A stretch of DNA of 64,000 bases from Syntrophales bacterium. Its GTDB lineage: Bacteria > Desulfobacterota > Syntrophia > Syntrophales > PHBD01. Below are positions 1 through 11,098 of the stretch, one piece after another; positions within the stretch are counted from its first letter, which is position 1; each line of letters starts with the position of its first letter. Both the position numbers and the translations under genes were made by a program. The notes beneath the pieces are model-generated. The model was given only the letters and a program-made list of their open reading frames with translations. It was not told the DNA's origin and ran no database searches. The stretch lies in NCBI GenBank assembly GCA_963668175.1, contig OY764159.1, forward strand, positions 3,296,001 through 3,360,000, given 5' to 3'.

Positions 1-133
1 GAATAGGAGAAACATCCGGCGTACCGGCAAGGGCTTGATTTTACGACCGGGGTCTGATATCAGAGCGTGACCCCGGACGCCTTCCCGAGCATGTTGCCGC
101 TTCCCGACAGGAACCGGGTCCAGGAGGTTTGTT

Positions 134-268
134 ATGCAGATCGTTGTCGCAACCCAGCCTGTCGTAACGCTCATCGCCGGAGTGTTGATCCTCCTCTTCC
201 CGAAACTCCTCAATTATATCGTAGCGATTTATCTAATCGTCATGGGCCTGATCGGACTGTTGCGCTGA
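134..268 (+). CDS. Small membrane protein, DUF3096-like (44 aa), absent from the ORF track
   Basis: AGGAGG at 122-127, ATG 134, TGA 266-268; hand translation MQIVVATQPVVTLIAGVLILLFPKLLNYIVAIYLIVMGLIGLLR fits the recalled DUF3096 pattern (AGxLILxxPxLLNYIVAxYLI). Confidence 0.8.
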   Translation: MQIVVATQPVVTLIAGVLILLFPKLLNYIVAIYLIVMGLIGLLR

Positions 269-436
269 GCAACACCAATCTCCCCTTGACGCACCTACCG
301 TTTTACATCATAATACGTTTTATGACGATCCTCGGCGTTTCATCGCCGGCATCAGGCGGGCACCGATGGTTCCCGGCAGCATGGGTGCGAGTACGGACCG
401 GCAGGAAGAAACCGTTTTGACAAGATGGGGGAGAAA

Positions 437-1102
437 ATGAAGAAGCTGCTATTCGGAACGTTCTTTACAGTGTTGGTCGTAATCGGCGGAGGACAGGCCT
501 TGGCGCAGGCCGACGTCAATGTGAACGTCAATATCGGGCTTCCGCCGCCCATGGCTTTCCCTGCGCCTCCGGCGCTTGTCGTCCTGCCCGGAACTTACAT
601 CTATGCCGTCCCCGGCGCCGCGGCGGACATCTTTTTCTTCAACGGCTGGTGGTGGCGTCCCTGGGAGGGACGCTGGTATCGCTCGCGCCACTACGACTCC
701 GGGTGGGTTTTCTACCGCAACGTTCCGGCATTTTACAAGAGAGTGCCGCCGGGCTGGAGGGACGATTACGGGGCGCACCGCTGGGAAGGACGCCCATGGA
801 ATTATGAGCGCATTAACCACGACCAGGTCCAGAAGAACTGGCGGAACTGGGAGAGGGACAGGTACTGGGAGAAACGTCAGACATGGGGCGTTCAGGGTTA
901 TCAGCCCCGGACGCAAGGCCCAAAGTCCCGTCCACAGGCCGTGGAGACCAGACCGGAACGATCCTTCCATCGGCAGGAGGCTCCGCCCGCCCATAGGGGC
1001 GCAGGACATCCGCAGCGCGAAGAGGCGCCGCCGATGCGGGAAGGCCGCCCCCATGATGGCGACCGGGAACGATGGGATGGAGAAAGGCACCGCAGGCAAT
1101 AA
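437..1102 (+). CDS. Secreted Trp/Arg/Pro-rich protein (YXWGXW-like)
   Basis: Signal peptide MKKLLFG...ALA, VNVNVNIGLPPP, Trp-rich core, low-complexity tail; ATG 437 follows GGAG. Confidence 0.7.
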   Translation: MKKLLFGTFFTVLVVIGGGQALAQADVNVNVNIGLPPPMAFPAPPALVVLPGTYIYAVPGAAADIFFFNGWWWRPWEGRWYRSRHYDSGWVFYRNVPAFYKRVPPGWRDDYGAHRWEGRPWNYERINHDQVQKNWRNWERDRYWEKRQTWGVQGYQPRTQGPKSRPQAVETRPERSFHRQEAPPAHRGAGHPQREEAPPMREGRPHDGDRERWDGERHRRQ

Positions 1103-1613
1103 TATAGAAAACCTATCATAAAAGTTACACGCATTCACCGGGAGCGTTGTCCGTCTCCCGGTGAATATATCCGATTTTCCCTCGCCGTCCACCGATAAAA
1201 AACAAACCGATTCTGTCCCGTAAACCTTTTCCCGACGTTTCTCTTCCCGGTCTGAAAAATGCAATTCATTCCTATTTTAAATTGACATTAAGATTATATT
1301 GCATTAATCATACATAAACAAATGATAGCTATCTGGAAAGCTGATAATCCGCAGTTTGAAAGACATATAAGCGGTTTCCGGGGTAATTCCGCCGCGACGC
1401 ACCCCGGATCGAGCCCTTACTCTCTAGCAATAAGCATATATTCCGAAGCAAAGGCTCAGCCGAACGTATTCAAAGGAATATCTCTACACTGTGTCGATTC
1501 CGGCAAAGAAGGGGGGGATAGTCGGCAGAACGCTAAGAGGCGGTTCTTCCATTTGTTTTTCCGATGAAGGATGAAAGACTCGACCAATCCATCTATCATG
1601 CAGGAGGTGTATC

Positions 1614-2480
1614 GTGAAATCAGCAAAGTCCTTATTGCTTTCCTCAATCATAGCCATTCTCATGCTTGTTTTTACCCTTCCGGCGCTGGCGGAGCCGCCG
1701 GCGGGAAATACCAACCAGTTCACATTCGATTTCGGCTTCAACTACCGCTATTTCGACTACAAGGAGGACCTCAATCTCCCCCAGAAGAGCACGGAAAGCG
1801 GCTGGCTGCCCGGCGTCTATTTTAATTTCGCTTTCCAGAAGAAATCGACCATCTATACGAAAGTCCATGTCGATTTCGCCGCCGCCGACATCGACTACGA
1901 CGGCTCGACGCAAAGCGGCCGTCCGGTCACTTTCTCAGACCAGAAGGCCAGGCTCTTCAAGTTCGAATGGGATGTCGGCTATCCGATCCCCATCGGAAAA
2001 AGCTTCACCCTGACGCCCTACGTGGGTTACGGCTTCCGTTACTGGCAGCGGGGGGAATCCCGGTACATCGCCAGCGCCAACGCCTATTTCATCAAGGAAG
2101 AGTATCTCTGGCATTACATCCCCGTCGGCATAACGGCCAATTACGATATTACGGACAGGTGGTCCATCGGAGGAACCGCATCGGCCAACATCATGTTCAG
2201 CGGCAAGATGAAGGCCTATGCCTCTGAAGTCGTTGCGGGTGTAGGCGATATCGATTTCACGCTGGGGAACAAGGTGGGGTTCTTCGCCGAGATGCCCGTC
2301 ACTTTCAGGTTCACAAAGAACTGGGCGATGGTTCTCACACCCTGGTACGAATACAGCGAATTCGGCCAGAGCGATACGGTCAACGTCACGTACGCGGGAA
2401 CCGTCATCGGCCGCGCATACGAGCCGGCAAGCAAAACCCACCAGTACGGCGCCAACCTGGGGGCCAATTTCTCTTTTTGA
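1614..2480 (+). CDS. Outer-membrane beta-barrel protein
   Basis: AGGAGG then GTG; signal peptide ending ALA; alternating aromatic beta strands; C-terminal Phe (ANFSF). Confidence 0.75.
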   Translation: MKSAKSLLLSSIIAILMLVFTLPALAEPPAGNTNQFTFDFGFNYRYFDYKEDLNLPQKSTESGWLPGVYFNFAFQKKSTIYTKVHVDFAAADIDYDGSTQSGRPVTFSDQKARLFKFEWDVGYPIPIGKSFTLTPYVGYGFRYWQRGESRYIASANAYFIKEEYLWHYIPVGITANYDITDRWSIGGTASANIMFSGKMKAYASEVVAGVGDIDFTLGNKVGFFAEMPVTFRFTKNWAMVLTPWYEYSEFGQSDTVNVTYAGTVIGRAYEPASKTHQYGANLGANFSF

Positions 2481-3016
2481 GAGTCATCTCCATGCGGTTC
2501 CCGGCGATATCGTTTCCCCGTGAAATCGCCGGGACCGCCTGATTCACGGCAGACATTCCCTGCGACAAGCTGTCGATTCCCGGATCGTTCGCTCCGACGC
2601 TCGCCCGTTATTCTCGCCATCTGAACATTCTTCTTTCTCGTATTCCTCAGTCACCTGAAATCCGAACGTCACTTCGCCATCAACAATGTCCCTCCCTTAA
2701 TGCAAAGAAAGCGGCCAATCCCTTTGCGGCAAAGCACAAGGCGGCCTCGATTTTTTTTATCATCCGGCCGTAATCCGCAGTCGTTACGCATGGCAAAGTC
2801 CCGTTCAGGGTTTTCGAAGGCCATAATCAGTCTTTTCCCGATAGCGCTAAATTCACGATTTTTTTATAGTATGTGAAGCGGAAGCTCGGACGATGCGTTC
2901 CGGACGGTTAGAGCCGCCGTTTCGTTTGTTCCCGGACTCCGGCAGGCGGCGGGGCATCGATCATAACGGCGAAACCATGTGACGTAATCTGCAAAATGGA
3001 GACATCGGGAGGCACC

Positions 3017-6000
3017 ATGAATGTATCGCGGCGGCAATTTTTCAAGATTTGCGGTATCGGTTTGGGCGGATCGTCCCTGGCAACGATGGGATTCTCACCT
3101 GCTCCGGTTATGGCTGAAGTGCGCCAGTACAAGCTCCTGCGCGCCGTCGAGGCAAGGAACACCTGTACATACTGTTCGGTTTCCTGCGGTCTTCTCATGT
3201 ACTCCCTGGGAGACCGCGCCAAGAACGCCAAACCGTCCATCATTCACATCGAAGGCGACCCCGACCACCCGGTGAACCGGGGAACCCTCTGCCCTAAGGG
3301 CGCTGCGCTTCTCGATTACGTCCACAGCCCGAACCGTCTGAAATATCCTGAAGTGCGGGAACCGGGCACCAACGAATGGAAACGCATCTCCTGGGACGAG
3401 GCGATCGACCGCATCGCGAAGCTCATGAAGGCCGACCGGGATGCCAACTTCGTCGCCAAGAACGCCGAGGGTGCCACAGTCAACCGATGGCTGACGACGG
3501 GTATGCTGGCGGCCTCCGCCTCAAGCAACGAATCGGGCTACCTGACCCACAAAGTAATCCGGTCTTTAGGTATCCTTGCCTTCGACAATCAGGCCCGGGT
3601 CTGACACGGTCCGACGGTGGCCAGTCTGGCCGCCACATTCGGACGCGGGGCAATGACCAACCATTGGGTCGACATCAAGAATGCCGACATTGTTCTCATC
3701 ATGGGCGGCAACGCCGCCGAGGCCCATCCCTGCGGCTTCAAATGGGTGATCGAGGCGAAGAAACACAACAAGGCGAAACTTATCGTCGTCGATCCGCGCT
3801 TCACCCGTTCGGCTTCCATGGCCGATTACTACGCACCTATCCGTACCGGCACCGACATCGCCTTCCTGGGCGGCGTGATCAATTACCTCCTGACCAACGA
3901 CAAGATCCAGCACGAATACGTCAAGGCCTACACGGACATGACCTTCCTGGTCAACGACGGATTCAATTTCGACAACGGCCTCTATTCGGGCTATAACGCG
4001 GAGAAGCGCACCTATGACCGCTCGTCATGGGGTTACCAGCTCGGCGCGGACGGTTACGTCAAGACCGACCCGACGATGCAGAATCCGCGCTGCGTCTACC
4101 AGCTCCTGAAGAAGCACTACAGCCGCTATACACCGGAAGTCGTGGAGAAGGTCTGCGGCACCCCGAAGGCGCAGTTCCTCAAAGTGGCGGAAATGATCGC
4201 CTCGACGGCCACCACGGACCGCGCGATGACCATCATGTACGCCCTCGGCTGGACACAGCACTCCCTGGGAACACAGATGATCCGCACGGGGGCCATGGTC
4301 CAGCTTCTCCTCGGGAACATCGGCCTGTCCGGCGGCGGGATGAATGCGCTCCGCGGCCATTCCAACATCCAGGGTTTAACGGACCTGGGACTCCTCTCCA
4401 ACGCCCTTACCGGCTACATGAACCTCCCGGGCGAAAAGGAGACGGACTACGGCGCCTATATCAAGAATCAGGCTCCGAAGGCGTTACGCCCCAACCAGAT
4501 GTCCTACTGGCAGAATTTCGAAAAGTTCTACGTGAGCCTCATGAAGGCCTGGTTCGGCGACGCCGCAACGAAGGACAACAACTGGTGCTTCGACTGGCTG
4601 CCCAAGGTGGACAAGCTCCACGACGCGCTCCAGGTATACGAAGATATGTACCAGGGCCGGATGAACGGCTATCTTTGCCAGGGATTCAACGCAATCGCTG
4701 CCTTTCCGAACAAGGCCAAACTGATAGCCGCCTTCTCGAAGCTGAAATTCCTCGTCGTCATGGACCCTTTGTCCACGGAGACCGCCGAGTTCTGGAAGAA
4801 CTACGGTCCCTATAACGACGTCGATCCTACCAAGATCCAGACCGCGGTCTTCAACCTCCCCGTCGCCTGCTTTGCCGAAGAAGACGGGGCGCTCGTCAAT
4901 TCGGGACGATGGCTCCAGTGGCACTGGCCGGGACAGGACCCGCCCGGCGAGGCCATCGTATCGACGACCGTCATGGCCCGCATCTTCCTGCGTCTGCGGG
5001 AACTTTACAAGAAAGACGGCGGCGCGTTCCCCGATCCGATCCTGAACCTCACCTGGCCCTACCGGATCCCCGACGATCCGTCTTCCGAGGAACTGGCCCG
5101 GGAATATTCGGGCAAGGCCTTGGCCGACTTGAAGGACCCGAAGGACCCGACAAAAATCATCAGGAAAGCGGGCGAGCAGCTCGACGGCTTCGCCCAATTG
5201 CAGAGCGACGGCACGACGGCCTGCGGATGCTGGCTTTACTGTGGTGCCTGGACGCAGGCCGGAAACATGATGGCCCGGCGCGACAACTCGGACCCCTTCG
5301 GCATGGGGCAGACCCTCAACTGGTCCTGGTCCTGGCCGGCAAACCGCCGCATCATGTACAATCGGGCCTCCGCGAATCCGGAAGGAAAGCCCTGGAGCCA
5401 GAAACACAAGGTCATATGGTGGAACGGCAAGACATGGACGGGAACGGACGTGCCGGACGTCAAGCCCGACTCCGACCCCAAAGACGGGATGGGGCCGTTC
5501 ATCATGAACCCGGAGGGTATTGGCCGCCTTTTCTGCGTGAACAAGCTGGCCGACGGGCCTTTCCCGGAGCATTATGAACCGTTCGAGTCGCCCCTCGGCG
5601 TAAACCCGCTCAATACGAACAAGCTGGCCGTCTTCAACCCGGCCGCCCGGGTCTTCAAGGGCGACATGGAGCAGATGGGCCAGGCCAAGGACTTCCCCTA
5701 TGCCGCCACGACCTATCGCCTGACGGAGCATTTCCACTACTGGACGAAGAATTGCCTGATCAACGCCGTCCTGCAGCCGGAGCAGTTTGTGGAAATCGAC
5801 GAGGAACTGGCGGCGGAAAAAGGCATCAAGAGCGGAAGCCTGGTCAAGGTGCGGTCCAACCGCGGCCAGATCCAGGCCGTGGCGGTCGTGACGAAGCGCC
5901 TCCAGCCCCTCATGGTGAACGGGAAGAAGCTTCACCACATCGGCATTCCGATCCATTGGGGCTACAAAGGCCTGGCCAAGAAGGGCTATCTGACGAACAC

Positions 6001-6079
6001 CCTGACGCCGTTTGTCGGCGACGCGAATTCGCAGACGCCCGAGTTCAAGTCATTCCTCGTCAACATCGAAAAGGCATAA
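3017..6079 (+). CDS. fdnG: Formate dehydrogenase-N alpha subunit, selenoprotein (Sec at codon 196, TGA 3602-3604)
   Basis: ORFs 2996-3604 and 3617-6079 are in frame; [15 protein letters not shown]...[15 protein letters not shown]; Tat motif [15 protein letters not shown]...C FeS motif; GGAGG before ATG 3017. Confidence 0.96.
3605..3644 (+). promoter_or_regulatory. Bacterial SECIS hairpin for Sec insertion
   Basis: GTCCGA 3609-3614 pairs with TCGGAC 3639-3644; upper stem GGTGGCCA 3616-3623 / TGGCCGCC 3627-3634 with a GUC loop begins 11 nt after the UGA. Confidence 0.85.
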
Positions 6080-6089
6080 GGAGGCTGCC

Positions 6090-6980
6090 ATGGCACTGCA
6101 ATCACTCGATATCGTCCGCCGTTCCGCGACAACGACCGAAAGCCCCCGGATCCGCCGGACGGAGGAAGTCGCCAAGCTGATCGACGTCTCCACCTGCATC
6201 GGCTGCAAGGCCTGCCAGGCGGCCTGCATGGAATGGAACGACGTACGCGACAACGTGGGAAGCAACCGCGGCGTCTACGACAACCCGCCCGATCTTTCCG
6301 CCGCCTCCTGGACGATTATGCGCTACGCTGAACGGAAGGACGGCGACAGGCTGGAATGGCTGATCCGCAAGGACGGCTGCATGCACTGCCAGGACCCGGG
6401 CTGCCTTAAGGCCTGCCCCGCACCCGGCGCCATCGTTCAGTACGCCAACGGGATCGTCGACTTCCATGAAGAGAACTGTATCGGCTGCGGTTACTGCATC
6501 ACCGGCTGTCCTTTCAACATTCCCCGCCTGTCCGCCAAGGACAGCAAGGTCTATAAATGCACCCTCTGTTCGGACCGGGTGGCCGTAGGCATGGAACCCG
6601 CCTGCATCAAGGCCTGTCCCACGGGAGCGCTGCAATTCGGCAGCAAGGAGCAGATGAAGGAATACGCCGGGGAGCGCGTCGCCGAGCTCAAGTCGCGCGG
6701 CTTCGACAAGGCCGGCCTTTACGATCCTCCCGGCGTCGGCGGCACGCACGTCATGTACGTCCTGCATTACGCCGACAACCCGGGGCTTTATAACGGCCTG
6801 GCTTCGGATCCGGGCGTCAGCCCCCTTGTCTCGCTGTGGAAGGGATTCGCCAAGCCCCTTGCCCTCTTCGGCCTGGGCGCCCTTGTGGCCGGGAGTTTCT
6901 TCCACTACATCGTCACAGGGCCGAATGAAGTCTCCGAGGAGCCGGAGAAAGACACGGGAAAGGAGGAACAAGACCGATGA
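6090..6980 (+). CDS. fdnH: Formate dehydrogenase-N beta (4x4Fe-4S) subunit
   Basis: CIGCKAC, CMHC, CIGCGYC and CTLC motifs; C-terminal TM; AGGAGG before ATG 6090. Confidence 0.95.
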   Translation: MALQSLDIVRRSATTTESPRIRRTEEVAKLIDVSTCIGCKACQAACMEWNDVRDNVGSNRGVYDNPPDLSAASWTIMRYAERKDGDRLEWLIRKDGCMHCQDPGCLKACPAPGAIVQYANGIVDFHEENCIGCGYCITGCPFNIPRLSAKDSKVYKCTLCSDRVAVGMEPACIKACPTGALQFGSKEQMKEYAGERVAELKSRGFDKAGLYDPPGVGGTHVMYVLHYADNPGLYNGLASDPGVSPLVSLWKGFAKPLALFGLGALVAGSFFHYIVTGPNEVSEEPEKDTGKEEQDR

Positions 6981-7603
6981 CCAGAAATCCGCAAGACCTG
7001 AAACGTTACACCCCCAGGGAGAGAGTCAACCACTGGACCATCGCCGTCTGCTTCATTCTCCTTACCCTTTCCGGCCTGTCGTTTTTTCACCCCTCCATGT
7101 GGCCGTTGACGGATATCTTCGGCGGCGGCGTATGGACACGCATCCTCCATCCGTATATCGGCCTCGTCCTGACCGTGGCTTTCGCCTTATTTTTTCTCCG
7201 CTTACGCAAGCATAACGAGATGAAGCCGATCGACTGGGAATGGATGAAAAAGGCCAAGGGGCTGATGACGGGCGACGCCCACGGCATGCCGGCCCAGGAA
7301 CGCTACAACGGCGGACAGAAAATCCTGTTCTGGTCGCTCTCCGCGTGCCTCCTCGTCATGCTTCTATCCGGCATCTGTATCTGGCGCGCATGGTTCAACC
7401 TTCCGGTTGTGCTCGTGCGCCTTGCCGCCGTCCTCCATGCCGCCGCGGGAGCGGTGATGATCGGCATCGTCATCGGCCACATCTATCTCAGCATCTGGAC
7501 CAAGGGAACGATCCGGGCCATGGTGTCCGGCACCGTGACGCGCGCCTGGGCAAAGCAACACCATGCCCTCTGGTACGAGACCATGACGGGCGGCCGGCCA
7601 TGA
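6977..7603 (+). CDS. fdnI: Formate dehydrogenase-N gamma, cytochrome b556
   Basis: [26 protein letters not shown]; four TM helices; ATGA overlap with fdnH. Confidence 0.93.
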   Translation: MTRNPQDLKRYTPRERVNHWTIAVCFILLTLSGLSFFHPSMWPLTDIFGGGVWTRILHPYIGLVLTVAFALFFLRLRKHNEMKPIDWEWMKKAKGLMTGDAHGMPAQERYNGGQKILFWSLSACLLVMLLSGICIWRAWFNLPVVLVRLAAVLHAAAGAVMIGIVIGHIYLSIWTKGTIRAMVSGTVTRAWAKQHHALWYETMTGGRP

Positions 7604-8520
7604 CCATGGATGTTTGTGAAAATCAACACCCGACGGAGAGCAGCTTCCCGGCAACGATATTCCCCCGTCGCGACCGGATCTTCCTGGAACGGGCGCGGCG
7701 CTTCGATGTCCTTGCCGAAGGGCACGGCCTTTCCGGGTGGCTTGGTTTTCTCGGCCGCCTGACCAAGAGCCAGCACGATATTCTCCAGGATTATCCGAGC
7801 CCGGCGCTGCCGGATGAAGAGGCATTGATTCTCGCCCGCAGACACGGAATGCCCCCGATACCGGCCGCTTTCCTGCCGCGCGACCCTGCCTGGCGCGGGA
7901 TTGCGACAGGCCTTGCCGAAGCCCTCCTCCCCCACGCTCCGGCCTCGGCCCGGGACACGCTCGGTAAGCTGCTGACTTTAGGCGATATTTCCCTGGAAAC
8001 CATCGCCGACCGGATTCTCAAGCTGGAGATCGACGGCCCCGATATCGATGTCTTCCCCTTCGTAGCCGCCGCGCTGCAGGTACACTGGACGGCCATGGCC
8101 GCCGCGCTGTCCGGGATCGAAATCGCCCCGCCGGCCGCACCGGGTGTCTGCCCCTGCTGCGGTTTTCCGCCTGTGGCCAGTATCGTGCGCACCGACGGCG
8201 ACGTGGCGAGGCTCCGCTACCTGCACTGCGCCCTCTGCAACACCGAATGGCACCTGGTCCGGGTCACTTGCGCCGGCTGCGGCGACAACAACCGCATCGC
8301 CTACCATCTCATCGACGGCAGCGACGAGGCCGTCCGGGCCGAAACCTGCGACTCATGCAACGGGTACCTCAAGATCGTCTACCGGGAGAAGTCCCCCCAG
8401 GCGGACCCCGTGGCGGACGACCTCGCCACACTGGCCCTCGACCTGCTCATCGCCGAGCAGCCGTATAATCGCCTGGGTCCGAACCTTCTCTTCGTATGCG
8501 GGGAAGAAAACGCGCCTTGA
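7600..8520 (+). CDS. fdhE: FDH accessory protein FdhE
   Basis: CPCCG, RYLHCALCNTEW, CAGC, AETCDSC, DPVADDLATLALD; ATGA overlap with fdnI. Confidence 0.93.
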   Translation: MTMDVCENQHPTESSFPATIFPRRDRIFLERARRFDVLAEGHGLSGWLGFLGRLTKSQHDILQDYPSPALPDEEALILARRHGMPPIPAAFLPRDPAWRGIATGLAEALLPHAPASARDTLGKLLTLGDISLETIADRILKLEIDGPDIDVFPFVAAALQVHWTAMAAALSGIEIAPPAAPGVCPCCGFPPVASIVRTDGDVARLRYLHCALCNTEWHLVRVTCAGCGDNNRIAYHLIDGSDEAVRAETCDSCNGYLKIVYREKSPQADPVADDLATLALDLLIAEQPYNRLGPNLLFVCGEENAP

Positions 8521-8619
8521 GGCGTTGCGGCGGGCGAAAAAATACGGCTGTTTTCCCTTGCCTTGTATGGTATAATATGGGCCTCTTCGGAACGATGAAA
8601 CCGTATATGAGACCCGGCC

Positions 8620-9201
8620 ATGAAGATCACCGGTATCAATACCTACCAACAGTTTGCCAGCACCTCCCAGATGTCTGCGGCAACATCGTCGGCGACATCG
8701 AAAACTGCCGGCGGCAACGATAAAGAACAATCGCCGGAGGTCCAGCAGCAAATCCAGCGGTTAAAGGCCGTCGAGGCCAAGGTGAAGGCCCATGAAGCGG
8801 CCCATAAGGCTGCGGGCGGCGCCATGACCGGCGCGGTCACCTATCAATATACGACTGGACCCGACGGCAAGAGATACATTACCGGGGGCGAGGTTTCCAT
8901 CAGCCTCTCCAGGGGGAGCACGCCGGAACAGACGGTCAGCAACATGGAACAGGTGATCCGGGCAGCACTGGCGCCCGCCGATCCTTCCCCGCAGGACCGG
9001 GCCGTCGCCGGTCAGGCCACCGCTATCGAACAGCAGGCCCGCCAGGAAGAAACCGCCGATAAGAACAAGGAAACCAGCGAGAAGAAAGAACAAAAAGCCG
9101 CCACGGAGACCGGATCGCCCAAGTCCGCGAGCCCCGCCCAGGCCGCAGCCTATCAAAAGAACACGGCAGCCCCGGAACCGGTCATTTCCATCTTCGCCTG
9201 A
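8620..9201 (+). CDS. SprA-related family putative metalloprotein
   Basis: VKAHEAAH, GPDGKRYITGGEVSI, AALAPADPSPQD. Confidence 0.8.
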   Translation: MKITGINTYQQFASTSQMSAATSSATSKTAGGNDKEQSPEVQQQIQRLKAVEAKVKAHEAAHKAAGGAMTGAVTYQYTTGPDGKRYITGGEVSISLSRGSTPEQTVSNMEQVIRAALAPADPSPQDRAVAGQATAIEQQARQEETADKNKETSEKKEQKAATETGSPKSASPAQAAAYQKNTAAPEPVISIFA

Positions 9202-9508
9202 CGGAGCCGTTGGCCGTGACGGCATGCCGCCGCACCACGCGCCATTCAACACCTCGACGAACCCTGTTTAACGGGCCATTGCATTTTTTTACCGGCAAGA
9301 TTCAAACATCCGGAATCATTGTATAGTTTAGAAATACCGCCGATCTATCGGGGGGTTCCTTCAGGGTCGCGTCATACCCCTGATGGATTTCCTGGATGAA
9401 TCATGATAGGGTATCTGTCTGAGTTTTGAAGACTTATACGCGTTCCGGTGCCCCTGCCGGAGAAACCGAACACGACCGCAACCCGGTCACCCAAGGAGTC
9501 CGCTGTCT

Positions 9509-10135
9509 ATGTCCGTCCAAATCTGGCTTGCTTTTGTCGCTGCCTCCGCCGTTCTGCTCGTCATCCCGGGCCCGACCATCCTCACGGTCATAAGCTATTC
9601 GCTCGCCCACGGCCGCCGGGTGCAAGGTCCCCTTGTCGCCGCCGTGGCGCTGGGGGATTCGACGGCTCTCGCCGTATCGCTTCTCGGCCTCGGGGCCCTG
9701 CTTGCCGCCTCGGCCTTCTGGTTCACGACCATCAAGTCGGTGGGCGGCCTCTACCTGCTCTATCTTGGATTCAAGCTCCTGCGTTCGGGAATTGCACCGG
9801 ACGAACCGACATCCGCGACGGTCAGCACTTCCCGCAGACGTCTCTTTATGAACACCTATTTTGTTACAGCGCTGAACCCTAAAAGCATCGTCTTTTTTGT
9901 CGCCTTCCTGCCCCAGTTCGTCAATCCGGAGGGCGATGCCGGGATTCAGTTGTCGATCCTGGCCGTGACATTCGTCGTCATGGCCGCGGTCAATGCAGCG
10001 CTTTACGCCGTGTTTGCAGGCAGCGCAAGCCGTCTCCTGGCCTCCGCGCGCGCACAGCGGACCCTGCATCTTGCCGGAGGCTCGCTCCTTCTGACCGCGG
10101 GCATGTGGGCGCTGCTCTCAAAGCGGCATACATAA
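9509..10135 (+). CDS. LysE/RhtB family amino-acid exporter
   Basis: IPGP, GGLYLLYLG, ALNPKSIVFF; six hydrophobic segments. Confidence 0.9.
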   Translation: MSVQIWLAFVAASAVLLVIPGPTILTVISYSLAHGRRVQGPLVAAVALGDSTALAVSLLGLGALLAASAFWFTTIKSVGGLYLLYLGFKLLRSGIAPDEPTSATVSTSRRRLFMNTYFVTALNPKSIVFFVAFLPQFVNPEGDAGIQLSILAVTFVVMAAVNAALYAVFAGSASRLLASARAQRTLHLAGGSLLLTAGMWALLSKRHT

Positions 10136-10179
10136 GACATATCTCCGAATACAATCGCGTGAATCCAGACGACAACAAC

Positions 10180-10965
10180 ATGAAACGCAACCCGTGCGGA
10201 TTTTTTAAAACAGGGTACAGGCACCGGCTCCATTCGGTCCTCTTGTTCGTTGCCCTTATCTCTTCCTGTACCGGCTCCATCCGGCCGGACATATCCGCAC
10301 AACCGGACCGGCAGTATTTGAAATGCAGGACCGTTCAGGCGGATAACCGGCAGGGGCAGCGCATGCTTAAATGCTCCTTCGGTTTCGATCAATGCAATCT
10401 GTTTACGGCAACGGGCAAGAAAATGGCCGTTGAAACCGAATCGGGGGAGCAACTGGAGCTGTCCTGGACAGTGGACTGGCTGGGCCAGGGTAAAGTCTTT
10501 CCCCATTGGCTCTTTGCTCTTGAGTATGTGCGGCCTGACGGCCGGGGTGGATGGCTGCCTCCTGTGCGGATCGGCGAATGCCACTTCAGCGGCGGCTGCA
10601 ATTACGGCGAGTTCATGGCCCCCGACGCAAACGGCAACGGCGTTCCCGACTTTTTCGCCCAAATCTCCTGGGAGAGCTGGGACTACGGCAATGACGAAGG
10701 CATTCCGGACCATCTGGTCCTGATTCGCCATCTCTACGTCCGCGAAACGGACCGCTACTCCGTGACCCGGTATCTTTACCGGTATCCGGACGGCTGCAGC
10801 CCTCCTCTGAACCTGCCGGAAGACGTCTGCCGCATCAGGACGGCCTGTAAACCGCCGTATGAACCTGCCGGCGAGGAACCTATGGAGTCCCGTCTCCTTC
10901 ATCCACCGGCGGAAAATACGGATGCGGGAAAAGCGGAAACTTCCCGTGCGGACAAGCCACGGTGA
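10180..10965 (+). CDS. Hypothetical Cys-rich lipoprotein
   Basis: Hydrophobic stretch ending in lipobox-like LISSC; DANGNGVPD motif; start uncertain. Confidence 0.5.
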   Translation: MKRNPCGFFKTGYRHRLHSVLLFVALISSCTGSIRPDISAQPDRQYLKCRTVQADNRQGQRMLKCSFGFDQCNLFTATGKKMAVETESGEQLELSWTVDWLGQGKVFPHWLFALEYVRPDGRGGWLPPVRIGECHFSGGCNYGEFMAPDANGNGVPDFFAQISWESWDYGNDEGIPDHLVLIRHLYVRETDRYSVTRYLYRYPDGCSPPLNLPEDVCRIRTACKPPYEPAGEEPMESRLLHPPAENTDAGKAETSRADKPR

Positions 10966-11033
10966 CCATGTCCGGAAACCGATCCCCGAAGACGGCCATG
11001 ACATGAGAAACGGGCATCTAACGTAATCCGGCT

Positions 11034-11062
11034 TTGACATATATCCCCGTCGCCCCTATACT
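11034..11062 (+). promoter_or_regulatory. sigma70 promoter of the EamA gene
   Basis: TTGACA-N17-TATACT. Confidence 0.65.
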
Positions 11063-11098
11063 ATCGCTTCCCAATATCTGTGAACCGGAGACGGAAAC

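Noticed and set aside
1322..1613. Riboswitch in the long leader of the beta-barrel gene
   Set aside because: No recognisable c-di-GMP, cobalamin, TPP or SAM motifs by eye
2701..2718. Minus-strand sigma54-like site TGGCCGCTTTCTTTGCA
   Set aside because: GG-to-GC spacing is 11 instead of 10 and no credible gene follows
2996..3604. fdnG as a split gene or pseudogene
   Set aside because: The TGA falls at the catalytic Sec position and has a SECIS hairpin
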